A stretch of 64,000 bases of DNA, from NCBI GenBank assembly GCA_963828525.1, contig CAWHEP010000002.1, forward strand, positions 224,001 through 288,000. The letters run 5' to 3'. Positions 31,168 through 40,688 of the stretch are shown here, piece after piece. A model generated the notes under the pieces. That model did not search any database. It was not told the DNA's origin and saw only the letters and a program-made list of their open reading frames with translations. The stretch is from an uncultured Verrucomicrobiae bacterium. Its GTDB lineage: Bacteria > Verrucomicrobiota > Verrucomicrobiia > Chthoniobacterales > Chthoniobacteraceae. Positions within the stretch are counted from its first letter, which is position 1. The number at the start of each line of letters is the position of its first letter. The position numbers and the translations under genes are program-made.

Positions 31168-31689
31168 TTACACGCGCTCGTTCAGGAAAAGCACGAGGTG
31201 CTCCTCGTCAAAGTATGTGCCGTCGATACAAAGGGCATCACGTTCCAATCCGAAACGCTGGAACGCTCGTGAACGGTAGAGCGAACAAGCGGCGACATTG
31301 CTCGCGGTGACGCAGAGAATAATCTGACGAACCGACTGAACTTTACGGGCGTGCTGAATGGCGAAATCCAGCAGCGCGCCGCCCACTCCGTGACACCTGA
31401 ATTCAGGAGAAACATACATGCCAAAAAGGGATGCTATATGCGCTCTTTTCGCGCGGCTCTCTGACGCGAAGCCTAAAACTCCCGCCAGCACTCCGCCATC
31501 GAGGAACGCTCCAAATATACCGTTGTCTGGATTTTTGTGCGACCGCAGCCTCGCCGCAAAATCGGAAAGAGGCAGATTAACCTCATCCGCATGGCTGGAA
31601 CCAAATGCCGTTGGAGACTCCTGCAGCCCCGCCAAGCGCAGATCACGATACATGGCGAGATCGCCGGACTCCAGGAACCTGACCTTCAT
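31168..31689 (-). CDS. GNAT family N-acetyltransferase
   Basis: LRLAGLQESPTAFGS, GMYVSPEFRCHGVG, N.AA..LY...F. Confidence 0.9.
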   Translation of the reverse strand: MKVRFLESGDLAMYRDLRLAGLQESPTAFGSSHADEVNLPLSDFAARLRSHKNPDNGIFGAFLDGGVLAGVLGFASESRAKRAHIASLFGMYVSPEFRCHGVGGALLDFAIQHARKVQSVRQIILCVTASNVAACSLYRSRAFQRFGLERDALCIDGTYFDEEHLVLFLNERV

Positions 31690-32032
31690 GTCCCAAAGCT
31701 AAACAATTCGTGCCTGGTTCCTAAGCTAATTCGAATAAAGCGCGGGTGCTCTGGAACACCAAAAAAGGGGGTCCCGCGCGCGGTGCGTGCCCTCGTCGGG
31801 GCGTTGCGGGAAGCGCCCACGTTCTGCGCGCGCCGATGTCGAAGAGCCCGCCAATCAGGGCGTTCAAGAGGCGATGAATTTTTGCTCGAACGTTTTTTGA
31901 CGTCGTTTGTCTCAAGTGATTTATAGGGCACAATCCATAGCACTCTATGAAAGGAGCTATAACCTATGAACCTGGAGGCGCTGAACGAGCCTAAGGTCTC
32001 TTCCTGCACCCTATGGCGCCGCCTGAGGGCTG

Positions 32033-32112
32033 GACGCCGCTACGCTAACGGCGTCTTAAAGCTAACCATTTCCAACGACGCGCCAGAGCAGAACAGACGA
32101 AAGATGATTCTG
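32033..32112 (+). pseudogene. Possible remnant C-terminus of an Hsp20 gene
   Basis: RYANGVLKLTI...RRKMIL resembles the alpha-crystallin beta8-beta9/IXI end. Confidence 0.4.
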
Positions 32113-32186
32113 TTCTCCGTGTGTCGACCCACGCGGCATGTCAAAACCATCACAAAATCAAACCTATTAACCCGGAGAGATTAGTT

Positions 32187-33138
32187 ATGAAAAAGATGCA
32201 ATCTGGCATTTCGTAACTGGGATGTCACAAGGATACTCTTACTGGCCGTCTGCATTCCGTTGCTTGCCGGCGCCTCCCATATCCTGGCGACTGAAGATCA
32301 GCAGGACTCTACGAGTTTTGCGCGTCGCATGCAGAAATGGGAGAACGAGATGACCGAAAAGTTCAGGGATACATTCAAGACGCTCCGGGCGAATAACAAG
32401 GAAGACTCGATAGGCACAGCTTCTGTGGACCTTCGGGAACAACGTGACAGCTATATAGTCCGGCTCAACCTGCCTGGCCGCGATCTCGCGAACGTGGAAA
32501 TCTCACTGGAAGGGCATGCAGTTCATATTGTCGCGCCCGCCGAAGCAAAAGTCAGCCGCTATGAACAAAGCATTATCCTCACGGGCGCGGCGTCAGACGC
32601 CAAACTCGCGATTGACCGAAACCAAAAGGATAGCCTGATTGTGGTCACGGTGCCGAAAGTATCATCAGCCATCGGCGTCGACGGCTCATCGGCTGCATCC
32701 CCGTTGCCGCTGACTGATTGGGACCACGAAATCTTCGATCAGATGGAGAAAATGCAGAAGGACATGGATAGCGTTTTCGACAACTCGTTTCGGCAGTTTC
32801 AGAACGAGCCCGGCTTCCATGGCCTGTTTGACGAGCCCCGTTTTGGTTCAACTATCGATCTGAAAGACGAAGGGAACGACTATGTCGTCAAAGCTTATTT
32901 GCCGAAACGCGATATGCAGAATGTTTCTGTGACGCTCACCAATCAAACCCTGAAGATCGAAGCAAAGGCGCAGCAAACGAAGAGTGATCCACGAGGACAG
33001 CAAGGCTCAACCGTCGCAGAAGAGGCGCAATACTCTCAAGTTATTACCATACCCGGTCGCGTTCAGGCAGACAAAATGAAGGTCGACAAGAAAGAGGGCA
33101 TGCTCGTTGTGACGTTGCCAAAAGCTCGGTTGAAGTAA
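32187..33138 (+). CDS. Tandem two-domain Hsp20/alpha-crystallin protein with predicted signal peptide (start via 1-bp A-run frameshift)
   Basis: Two alpha-crystallin domains (VDLRE..DSYIVRLNLPG...IVVTVPK; IDLKD..DYVVKAYLP...GMLVVTLPK); in-frame TRILLLAVCIPLLAGASHILA upstream; ATG 32187 one base out of frame. Confidence 0.8.
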
Positions 33139-33346
33139 TCCCGATTATATCTCGGCCTTCCGGAGCGTTGACTCTTCGACTCCTTAACCGAGCAAAAGGA
33201 GCCAGCAAACCGGCGGTTTTTCCCCCTGGAACATGCGCCTGCTAATTCGAGTTTTGGTAACGTTTTGGAGGGCACAATTTGTATTGAACGGCCGTTAAGG
33301 TCGGTTGTCTCAAAAAAAAGAAAGGAGATATTCAATCCAATACATC

Positions 33347-34312
33347 ATGAAAAGGAATACTACTTCAAATCATATCCGCCTCGTGATGGCCGCGTTGGCT
33401 ATGACGGGATCAGTTAGTTTGCGGCCTGCATTTGCGACGGATACAACGACTCCAACGCCTTCGCCCGCGGCGGCTCTCAAGGTCCCCGCAAAGGCGGCGG
33501 AACCGCAAGGCAAGGAAAGCAGCGCAGTGGCGCCGCAGGTCCAATCGCAAGTCGAAAAGTCAACCGCGGGCAAACACGCGCAGCTGCTCAAAGATGCCCA
33601 GGCTGCGTTGGATGAGACCAATAAGGCGCTTCAAGCGTTGAATGACGGAAAAAAGGATGATGCGCTCACCGCCTTGGCAGAGATCACGGGCAAGCTCGAC
33701 CTTATCGTGGCCCGCGACCCCAAGCTTGCGCTTGCGCCGGTGGGAGAACAGACAATCGTTCGCGACCTCTATGCGGGTCCAGACACCGCCAGGAACGCGG
33801 TGACCCAGGTTAAAGATTACCTCAGCGCCGGCAAGGTGCAGCAGGCGCGCATCCTGCTGAATGGACTTGCCAGCGAGGCGGATGTGCAAGTCACAAGCAT
33901 CCCGCTTGGGACCTATCCAGAGGCGATCAAAGCGGTCGTCCCGCTTATCGACGATGGTAAAATCGCTGAGGCCAAAGCGGCGCTATCCGCCGCTCTGAGC
34001 ACCTTGGTAATCGAAACCTATCCCGTTCCGCTTCCCAACATTCGCGCGACGGCGATCCTTGTAGATGCCGAAAAGCTGGCAGAGAAGACCGCCCGGAGCG
34101 CGGATGAGAACAAGAAGTTGCGCGACGAGGTCGAAGCAGCGCGTCAGGAACTTCAACTCGGCGAAGTGCTCGGCTACGGCACGAAGGACGACTTCAAGCC
34201 GCTATATACGCAGCTGGATGGCATTGAGAAGAAGACCGAGGGCGGGAAATCCGGCGCCGGCTTTTTCGACAAAATTAAGGAGCTGCTGAAAAACTTCAAA
34301 TTGCAGCTTTAA
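33347..34312 (+). CDS. yfdX: YfdX family exported stress protein
   Basis: Signal peptide; ALA..TGKLDLIVARDPKLALAPV, G.VQ.AR.LL..LASE, SIPLGTYPEAI, LGYG motifs. Confidence 0.8.
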   Translation: MKRNTTSNHIRLVMAALAMTGSVSLRPAFATDTTTPTPSPAAALKVPAKAAEPQGKESSAVAPQVQSQVEKSTAGKHAQLLKDAQAALDETNKALQALNDGKKDDALTALAEITGKLDLIVARDPKLALAPVGEQTIVRDLYAGPDTARNAVTQVKDYLSAGKVQQARILLNGLASEADVQVTSIPLGTYPEAIKAVVPLIDDGKIAEAKAALSAALSTLVIETYPVPLPNIRATAILVDAEKLAEKTARSADENKKLRDEVEAARQELQLGEVLGYGTKDDFKPLYTQLDGIEKKTEGGKSGAGFFDKIKELLKNFKLQL

Positions 34313-34339
34313 GATGAGCGGTTTTTGGAGCGGTTGGTG

Positions 34340-34381
34340 TTACCCGCTGGCGACATTCCCGGAGCCAGCGGGTAAATTTTT
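34340..34381 (+). terminator. Intrinsic terminator after yfdX
   Basis: 12-bp stem TTACCCGCTGGC/GCCAGCGGGTAA followed by ATTTTT. Confidence 0.65.
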
Positions 34382-34742
34382 GCCAAGATCGGCGGCGCAA
34401 AGACGAATAGCCTCCATCGCAACTCGATTCTCGATTGAAGTAGGCGGAGCGCTTCCCCTGCCCGGCCCTTACACCGGCCACATTCTACTAGGGATCTGCC
34501 CAAATCACCCTGCATAGACACCGGCCAATCTACCGGCCATAATAGCGGACACTGCCAATGCCTCCACCGCGCGAACTTTACGACCAACCGGTGCGCTGGA
34601 GCCTCCTTTTCTAACCGATCTCGCGAAGCGGTTGCGTCACAGTCTTGTCGTCTGTGACGCGCTCCATACGGGGCTTTGCAAATCGCGCTGTTAAAGGCGC
34701 GCTGGAACCCGCGGAAACTTCCTGCTAAAACAACCTCCAGCC

Positions 34743-35734
34743 ATGAAACGCGCTCTCGCATTCCTCGCGACACTCTCCCTCGCGATAATCCTCAACGCCG
34801 AAGAAGCGATCCCGCTCACGGAAAAGAGCTCCGTTGCGCTGCCCGGCGTGGAAGGTCGCTTCGACCACGCGGCGGCTGATCCGGCGACGCATCGCGTGTT
34901 CTTCGCCGCGTTGGGAAATGACACGCTCGAAGTCGTGGATGTCAGCGCCGGCAAGCGACTGCATACGATCACTGGATTAAGTAAACCGACCGGCGTTCTG
35001 TATTTGGCAGGCTCCAATTTACTGGTCATAGCGAACGGTGGGGACGGGACGTGCCGCTTCTATGACGGCAACAGCTACGCGGAGATAGGCCGCGTGAAAG
35101 ACTTGGATGACGCTGACAACCTGCGCTTCGACGCGAAAGCGAAGCGCGTGTATGTCGGCTACGGCGAGGGCGCGCTCGGCGTGATTGACCCGGCGACGAT
35201 GAAGCTCACCGCGAGAATTGCGCTGGCGAAACACCCAGAGTCCTTTCAACTGGAGGAAGACAGCCCGCGAATTTTTGTGAACATCCCCGGCGCGAACCAA
35301 ATTGCCGTGGTGGATCGGACAGCGGGTAGAGTCGTGGCGATCTGGCTCATGCAAGGCGCGCGCGCGAACTTCCCCATGGCCCTTGACGAAAGACACCATC
35401 GCCTGTTCGTCGGCTGCCGCCAACCCGCCCGCCTGCTTGCTTTCGACACACAAAGCGGAAAGCGCGTCGCCGAGACGCCTATGAGCGGCGACGTGGACGA
35501 CCTCTTTTACGACGCCTCGACCAGGCAGGTCATCGCCTCGTGCGGAGAAGGTTTCATCGACGTGTTCCGCTTCGATCCGCCCTCCACCCTCGCGCGCGCG
35601 CATCAACTCAACACCGCCGCGGGGCGCGCACCTCGCTCTTGAGCGGGCAGTCCATGTGTTTTTCCCTCGCGGTGCCGCATCGCGGCGCGCAAGACGCCGA
35701 GCTTCGCGTTTTTGCCCTGTCAGCCGCTCGATAA
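34743..35734 (+). CDS. Secreted YncE-like beta-propeller protein (frameshift near 35625)
   Basis: Signal peptide; GRFDH, DDADNLRFD, HPESFQL, ANFPMALD; GARTSL...AVPHRG C-terminus in shifted frame. Confidence 0.8.
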
Positions 35735-35742
35735 ATCCGGCG

Positions 35743-37071
35743 ATGGCTCACATTCCATCCACTCCCGCGCGGCCCACCTTCGCCGAGGCATTCCGGTTTT
35801 GGGTCAAACTCGGATTCATCAGCTTCGGCGGGCCGGCCGGCCAGATCGCCATCATGCAGGCGGAGCTGGTGGAAAAGAGAAAATGGATCAGCCAGTCGCG
35901 ATTCTTGCACGCGCTGAATTTCTGCATGCTTCTGCCGGGACCAGAAGCGCAGCAGCTTGCCATTTATATCGGCTGGCTCCTGCACAAAACCTGGGGCGGG
36001 ATTGTCGCCGGCGCATTCTTTGTCATTCCTTCGATCTTTATTTTGTGGGGACTCAGCTTTGTCTATGCGGCTTACGGAAATATCCCGTGGATTGCCGCTG
36101 TTTTTTACGGGCTCAAGCCGACAGTGATGGCGATTGTCGCGTTCGCCGTGATTCGTATCGGTAAAAAGGCGCTGAAGAACTGGGTGATGTGGAGCCTCGC
36201 CGCGCTCGCCTTCGTTAGTATCTTTTTCTTCAAACTGCCGTTTCCACTCATTGTCGTGAGCGCGGGAGCAATCGGATTTATTGGCGGGCAGCTTTGGAGA
36301 GACAAATTTTTCGTCGTCGCTGGACACGGGTCAAAAGGAGGCGCTGGCGAGCAAAGCGTATTGGGCGACGAACACGACTCGCCGGAGCATGCAAAGCCAT
36401 CGCTGCCGAGGGCGATGAAGGTTTGTTTCACATGGCTGCTGCTATGGGCTTTCCCGATCCTGCTGACGGGTTGGTGTCTGGGCATGGACCACACTGTTTT
36501 CCAGCAAGGCGTGTTCTTCGCCAAAGCAGCCGTAGTGACTTTCGGCGGAGCGTACGCGGTGCTGCCCTATGTCGCGCAACAAGCCGTCGAGAAATATCAT
36601 TGGCTCAGCGCCGGCCAGATGATGGATGGCTTGGGATTGGCCGAGACTACACCAGGCCCCCTCATCATGGTTTTGCAATTTGTAGGTTTCATGGGTGGCT
36701 GGAATAAACCCGGAGGCTTGTCGCCCTTTGGCGCCGCCACGCTCTGCGCGCTCGTCACCACGTGGACGACATTCACACCTTGCTTCCTCTGGATTTTTCT
36801 GGGCGGTCCCTACATCGAGCAGTTGCGCGGCAATGCCAAGCTATCAACCGCGCTCTCGGCTGTAACTGCAGCAATCGTCGGCGTTGTCTTAAACCTCGCG
36901 GTATGGTTCGGACTTCATGTTCTTTTTCCCGATGGAAAGATAATCGACTGGTTCGCGCTGACAATAAGCGCGGGCGCGTTCATCGGCATGACAAAATGGA
37001 AATGGGATGTCATTCCCGTAGTGGTCGGAGGCGGCATCTTCGGACTGTTTTACAAACTGATACTCCATTAA
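35743..37071 (+). CDS. chrA: Chromate efflux transporter (long-chain CHR)
   Basis: KLGFISFGGPAGQIA, CMLLPGPEAQQL, TFGGAYAVL, AETTPGP. Confidence 0.93.
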   Translation: MAHIPSTPARPTFAEAFRFWVKLGFISFGGPAGQIAIMQAELVEKRKWISQSRFLHALNFCMLLPGPEAQQLAIYIGWLLHKTWGGIVAGAFFVIPSIFILWGLSFVYAAYGNIPWIAAVFYGLKPTVMAIVAFAVIRIGKKALKNWVMWSLAALAFVSIFFFKLPFPLIVVSAGAIGFIGGQLWRDKFFVVAGHGSKGGAGEQSVLGDEHDSPEHAKPSLPRAMKVCFTWLLLWAFPILLTGWCLGMDHTVFQQGVFFAKAAVVTFGGAYAVLPYVAQQAVEKYHWLSAGQMMDGLGLAETTPGPLIMVLQFVGFMGGWNKPGGLSPFGAATLCALVTTWTTFTPCFLWIFLGGPYIEQLRGNAKLSTALSAVTAAIVGVVLNLAVWFGLHVLFPDGKIIDWFALTISAGAFIGMTKWKWDVIPVVVGGGIFGLFYKLILH

Positions 37072-37079
37072 CGCCCCGC

Positions 37080-37138
37080 CCTCGTCACCAAGTTGCACTT
37101 GGTGACGCAATTGTCTTCGAAGTTGTACTTCGCTCCCC
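37080..37138. repeat. REP-like double-hairpin repeat, copy 1
   Basis: CGTCACCAAG-TTGCA-CTTGGTGACG plus CGAAG-TTGTA-CTTCG; 56/59 identical to 39482-39540. Confidence 0.85.
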
Positions 37139-37299
37139 TCCCGCCATCGCCCCACATGGTTGGCAGACAACGGATTTCGCGCGGTGAAGCTCACGGACGG
37201 ATTCCATCAATCATTCGTGAACGAAGAAGGACAAGCCAGACTCGACCTGGCGTAAAGCGAAACCTGGAAGCCCTCTACTCCGAAACCATCCTTCGCAAT

Positions 37300-37338
37300 T
37301 TGACACATCGACTTTTCTCGTTACGATAAAATCCGATG
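37300..37338 (+). promoter_or_regulatory. ars promoter with overlapping inverted-repeat operator
   Basis: TTGACA-16-TACGAT; imperfect IR CATCGACTTTTCTCG-tta-CGATAAAATCCGATG covering the -10 and the ATG. Confidence 0.65.
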
Positions 37339-37725
37339 CATGACCTTATTACGTTCGCGCAGGCTCTTTCGGATGAGACGCGATTCCGGATCGTCCGCCT
37401 TGTCGCGGATCAGGCCCTTTGCGTATGTGAACTGGCGGACATCCTTCAGATGCCGCAATCTTCGGTTTCAAGTCATATCCAGGTCATTCGCAAGGCGGAG
37501 CTGCTCGCGAGCGAACGGTGCGAAAAGTGGGTTTACTACAAGCTGGATGGCAAATACCGGAGTCTCGTCGCCACTCTCGGAAAATTCTTTTCGGTGGAGA
37601 GTCACGCGACCCTGAAATCGGACGCTCTCCGGGCGCGGCTGCGGTTGGCCAAAAGGGCACAGAGCTGCTGTCCGGGTCCAAAAACTCTGGGCGTGCGAAA
37701 CTTGGCGCGCGCCGAAAAACAATAA
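37336..37725 (+). CDS. arsR: ArsR/SmtB metalloregulator
   Basis: ALSDETRFRI, LCVCEL, QSSVSSH; C-terminal CC. Confidence 0.9.
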   Translation: MHDLITFAQALSDETRFRIVRLVADQALCVCELADILQMPQSSVSSHIQVIRKAELLASERCEKWVYYKLDGKYRSLVATLGKFFSVESHATLKSDALRARLRLAKRAQSCCPGPKTLGVRNLARAEKQ

Positions 37726-37744
37726 CACCCAACCAACCCCAAAA

Positions 37745-38215
37745 ATGAACCTCAACGAATTCAAAGCATTGCTGGAGACCCATGCCGAAAAGCCCTTCCG
37801 CCTGCGTCTGCCGGATGGCGCGCCGGTTCCAGTCTCGTTTCACATCACGGAAGTAGGCCGCTTGCGCAAAACGTTTCTCGATTGCGGAGGGGAGCGTCAC
37901 GACTCCGAGATTTGCCAACTCCAGGTGTGGGTCGGCGAAGACGCCGACCATCGGATCCAGGCAGGCAAGATGGCGGCCATATTGCGGAAGGCGGAGGATT
38001 TCATCCCCGACGATAGCGTGCCTCTTGAGATCGAATATGAGGAGGATGTAATCTCCCAATACACGGTTGAAGGGCATTCGCTCGATGAGGGAGCCATCAT
38101 CCTGAACCTCGAGCACAAGCACACAGCGTGTCTTGCGATGGAACTTTGCGGCGCCGCCCCCGCGAAAGATGCCGCGTCGGATGATTCCTGCTGCGCGGGG
38201 TCAAAGTGTTGCTAG
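37745..38215 (+). CDS. DUF6428-like ars-operon accessory protein
   Basis: FHITEVG...FLDCGG, LQVW, EIEYE, KHTACLA..C, C-terminal SCCAGSKCC. Confidence 0.7.
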   Translation: MNLNEFKALLETHAEKPFRLRLPDGAPVPVSFHITEVGRLRKTFLDCGGERHDSEICQLQVWVGEDADHRIQAGKMAAILRKAEDFIPDDSVPLEIEYEEDVISQYTVEGHSLDEGAIILNLEHKHTACLAMELCGAAPAKDAASDDSCCAGSKCC

Positions 38216-38901
38216 CCCGCCAAAAGTTTCTCGCGGAATTTCTGGGCGCCTTCTGCCTTCTTTTTGCGGGCACCGGCGCGATCGTGATTGACCACGCGAG
38301 TGGAGGGACGATTGGGCACGTGGGGATCGCCCTCACCTTTGGGCTCATCATCCTTGCGATGATCTATACCTACGGCGACGTGAGCGGCGCGCATTTTAAC
38401 CCGGCCGTGACACTCGGCTTCGCGGTCGCCAGGCGATTAGCCTGGCGCGAGGTGCCGGGCTATCTGGTCGCTCAAGTGTTGGGAGCTTTGGTGGCGAGTG
38501 GCCTCCTGCGGATCTTATTTCCCGCTGACGCCACCCTCGGTGCAACCCTGCCGGCGGGCTCGGTCATGCAGAGTTTTATACTTGAGCTCGTTTTGACGGC
38601 TATTCTCATGCTCACCATCCTTAGCGTCTCCACCGGAGCGAAAGAGAAAGGCGTAACAGCCGGAATAGCCATCGGCGCCGTAATCGGTCTGGAGGCGATG
38701 TTTGCCGGACCGATTTGCGGGGCCTCGATGAATCCCGCTCGCTCGCTCGCTCCGGCGCTGGTGAGCGGTCATTTGGAGCATCTTTGGCTCTACCTGCTCG
38801 CTCCAGTGATCGGAGCCCTCCTGGCCGTGCCGCTATGCATGGGGGTTCGCGAGTCCGGCTGCTGCGGGGGCAACTGCAAACCAGTCGTAACCAATCCATA
38901 A
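38206..38901 (+). CDS. MIP-family aquaporin, likely arsenite channel
   Basis: SGAHFNPAVT and SMNPARS NPA boxes; located inside ars operon. Confidence 0.88.
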   Translation: MLLARQKFLAEFLGAFCLLFAGTGAIVIDHASGGTIGHVGIALTFGLIILAMIYTYGDVSGAHFNPAVTLGFAVARRLAWREVPGYLVAQVLGALVASGLLRILFPADATLGATLPAGSVMQSFILELVLTAILMLTILSVSTGAKEKGVTAGIAIGAVIGLEAMFAGPICGASMNPARSLAPALVSGHLEHLWLYLLAPVIGALLAVPLCMGVRESGCCGGNCKPVVTNP

Positions 38902-38910
38902 CGATGATTT

Positions 38911-39366
38911 ATGACACGACCAACCATTCTCATTCTCTGCACGGGTAACAGTTGCCGCTCCCACCTGGCCGAAGGCATTCTAAGGCAGGCCCTCGGAAAA
39001 GACTTTCACGTCGCCAGCGCTGGCTCAAAGCCCGCCGGCCATGTTCACCCGTTCGCTATTCGCGCGATGGCTGAAATCGGCATTGATATTTCCGGACATC
39101 ATTCCAAGCATCTGGATGAGTTCCTGGGACAGAATGTCGATACCGTTATAACGGTGTGCGGTAATACCGATCAAGTTTGCCCAATGTTTCCGGGCCAGGT
39201 CAACCGGCATCATTTCCCTTTCGAGGATCCAGCCCTCGCAGCCGGGACGGACGATGAAAAGATGGCGCTTTTCCGGCGCGTGCGCGATGAGATCAACCGC
39301 GTGTTCAGCGCATACGCCGCCGGTCGCCTGGACGCCGTCAAAAGCACCGAAGCCAGCGAAGGCTAA
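38911..39366 (+). CDS. arsC: Arsenate reductase (LMW-PTP/thioredoxin type)
   Basis: CTGNSCRS P-loop; TVCG....CP resolving cysteines; FEDP. Confidence 0.9.
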   Translation: MTRPTILILCTGNSCRSHLAEGILRQALGKDFHVASAGSKPAGHVHPFAIRAMAEIGIDISGHHSKHLDEFLGQNVDTVITVCGNTDQVCPMFPGQVNRHHFPFEDPALAAGTDDEKMALFRRVRDEINRVFSAYAAGRLDAVKSTEASEG

Positions 39367-39481
39367 ATCGCGCTTCGCTCCCCTCCCGCCATCTCCCCCG
39401 GGTCGGGAAGCCTCGCCGGGGCCGTCCGTCCGTCTGTGGGCGTCACCCAGACAAACCGCCCCTTCGCTCGCGCTCCCCCCT

Positions 39482-39540
39482 CCTCGTGACCAAGTTGCAC
39501 TTGGTCACGCAATTGTCTTCGAAGTTGCACTTCGCTCCCC
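39482..39540. repeat. REP-like double-hairpin repeat, copy 2
   Basis: CGTGACCAAG-TTGCA-CTTGGTCACG plus CGAAG-TTGCA-CTTCG; direct repeat of 37080-37138. Confidence 0.85.
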
Positions 39541-39628
39541 GCTGTCATCTCCCCAAGCAATTCCCAACACAATTCTTTCGACAGCTCCGTGCGATCCGTT
39601 TTAAATCGCATTTCAGAAAGTCAAAACA

Positions 39629-40600
39629 ATGTCCCACTACATAACCGTTCCAATCGACGCCAACGGCGTGATCGACCCCGATGAACAACTCGATCACATC
39701 CTCGCTACCGCGATGTCTCTCAGTTTCGGAAGCCAGGACATTTTCATTTATTCCCATGGCTGGTGGACGAGCGCGGATGCCGCATTGAAGGAATACAATG
39801 TCGCCACGACGGATTTCATTTTTGCTATCCGCAATAATCCAGCCGCCTTCAGACTTCCGCCTCTGACACCATTCTTGATCGGCATCCATTGGCCTTCGAT
39901 GCTCAGCGATGACCCCACGTCGCTTTTGGATAAAGCCGAGGTCCTGTCATTTTATACGATGGAGAAGCGCGCCGACGACATCGGCGAAGAGGGCCTTTAC
40001 GCGATCCTCCGCCTTTTGTTCGCGGCAGTCCCCTCAGGCAAGAATGTCCGGGTCAACCTCTTCGGTCATAGTTTTGGCTGCAAGGTGGTGTGCGCGGCGC
40101 TCCAAAAGCTTGCCGCGAACGTTGTCGCGGTACCTGCCAACGTATCGTTCAATGTGATTCTGCTTGAGGCAGCGTTCGCAACAAACGCGTTGGATGCTGG
40201 GGGTTGCTACGATAAACTGATACCAACATACGGCCCAAGCATGCGGCTGCTCATCAGCTATTCCAAAAAGGATGCTGCGCTCGGAACAGCCTTTCCCCTC
40301 GCCCATGAGATCAACTTTTTCGCCCAACCATCGGCAAAAACAGCTCTGGGCTTCACAGGCCCTTCCGCGGCGACCGTCGCGGCTTTCCCTTCGAGCACAT
40401 CGCTATCCGTAGCTTGGGGAAGCAAATTCGTCGGCACCACAATCGCCCCACTACCACTTACCCCAACGCTGGTGGTCGCGGATTTAACGCCAATTCATTC
40501 CGATCCCAAAAACACCTTCGATGGGGGGTTATCCGGCCACCACTCGGATATATTCAGACCTGAGATTTACGATTTGATGAGCTGGTTTTTGTTCGCCTGA
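39629..40600 (+). CDS. Alpha/beta-hydrolase fold protein
   Basis: YSHGW, IHWPS, GHSFG nucleophile elbow, YS..D.AL, GHHSDI. Confidence 0.75.
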   Translation: MSHYITVPIDANGVIDPDEQLDHILATAMSLSFGSQDIFIYSHGWWTSADAALKEYNVATTDFIFAIRNNPAAFRLPPLTPFLIGIHWPSMLSDDPTSLLDKAEVLSFYTMEKRADDIGEEGLYAILRLLFAAVPSGKNVRVNLFGHSFGCKVVCAALQKLAANVVAVPANVSFNVILLEAAFATNALDAGGCYDKLIPTYGPSMRLLISYSKKDAALGTAFPLAHEINFFAQPSAKTALGFTGPSAATVAAFPSSTSLSVAWGSKFVGTTIAPLPLTPTLVVADLTPIHSDPKNTFDGGLSGHHSDIFRPEIYDLMSWFLFA

Positions 40601-40688
40601 TGAACGCGCCAGCAAACGTCGATATCAGTCACTGCGTCTCGTTGATTCTTCGACTCTCGCGGTGGCGCGATTCTCACCGCGGCTGCTT

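Noticed and set aside
29718..31900. Integron cassette array (GIY-YIG, Sir2, GNAT in tandem)
   Set aside because: Gaps between genes are too short for attC sites, no convincing RYYYAAC/GTTRRRY pairs were seen, and there is no integrase.
37080..39540. Repeats as a CRISPR array or as the attR copy of tRNA-Gly
   Set aside because: Only two full copies 2.4 kb apart with no spacers or cas genes; the match to the tRNA 3' end is only 9 bp (CTCGTCACC) and is part of the hairpin.
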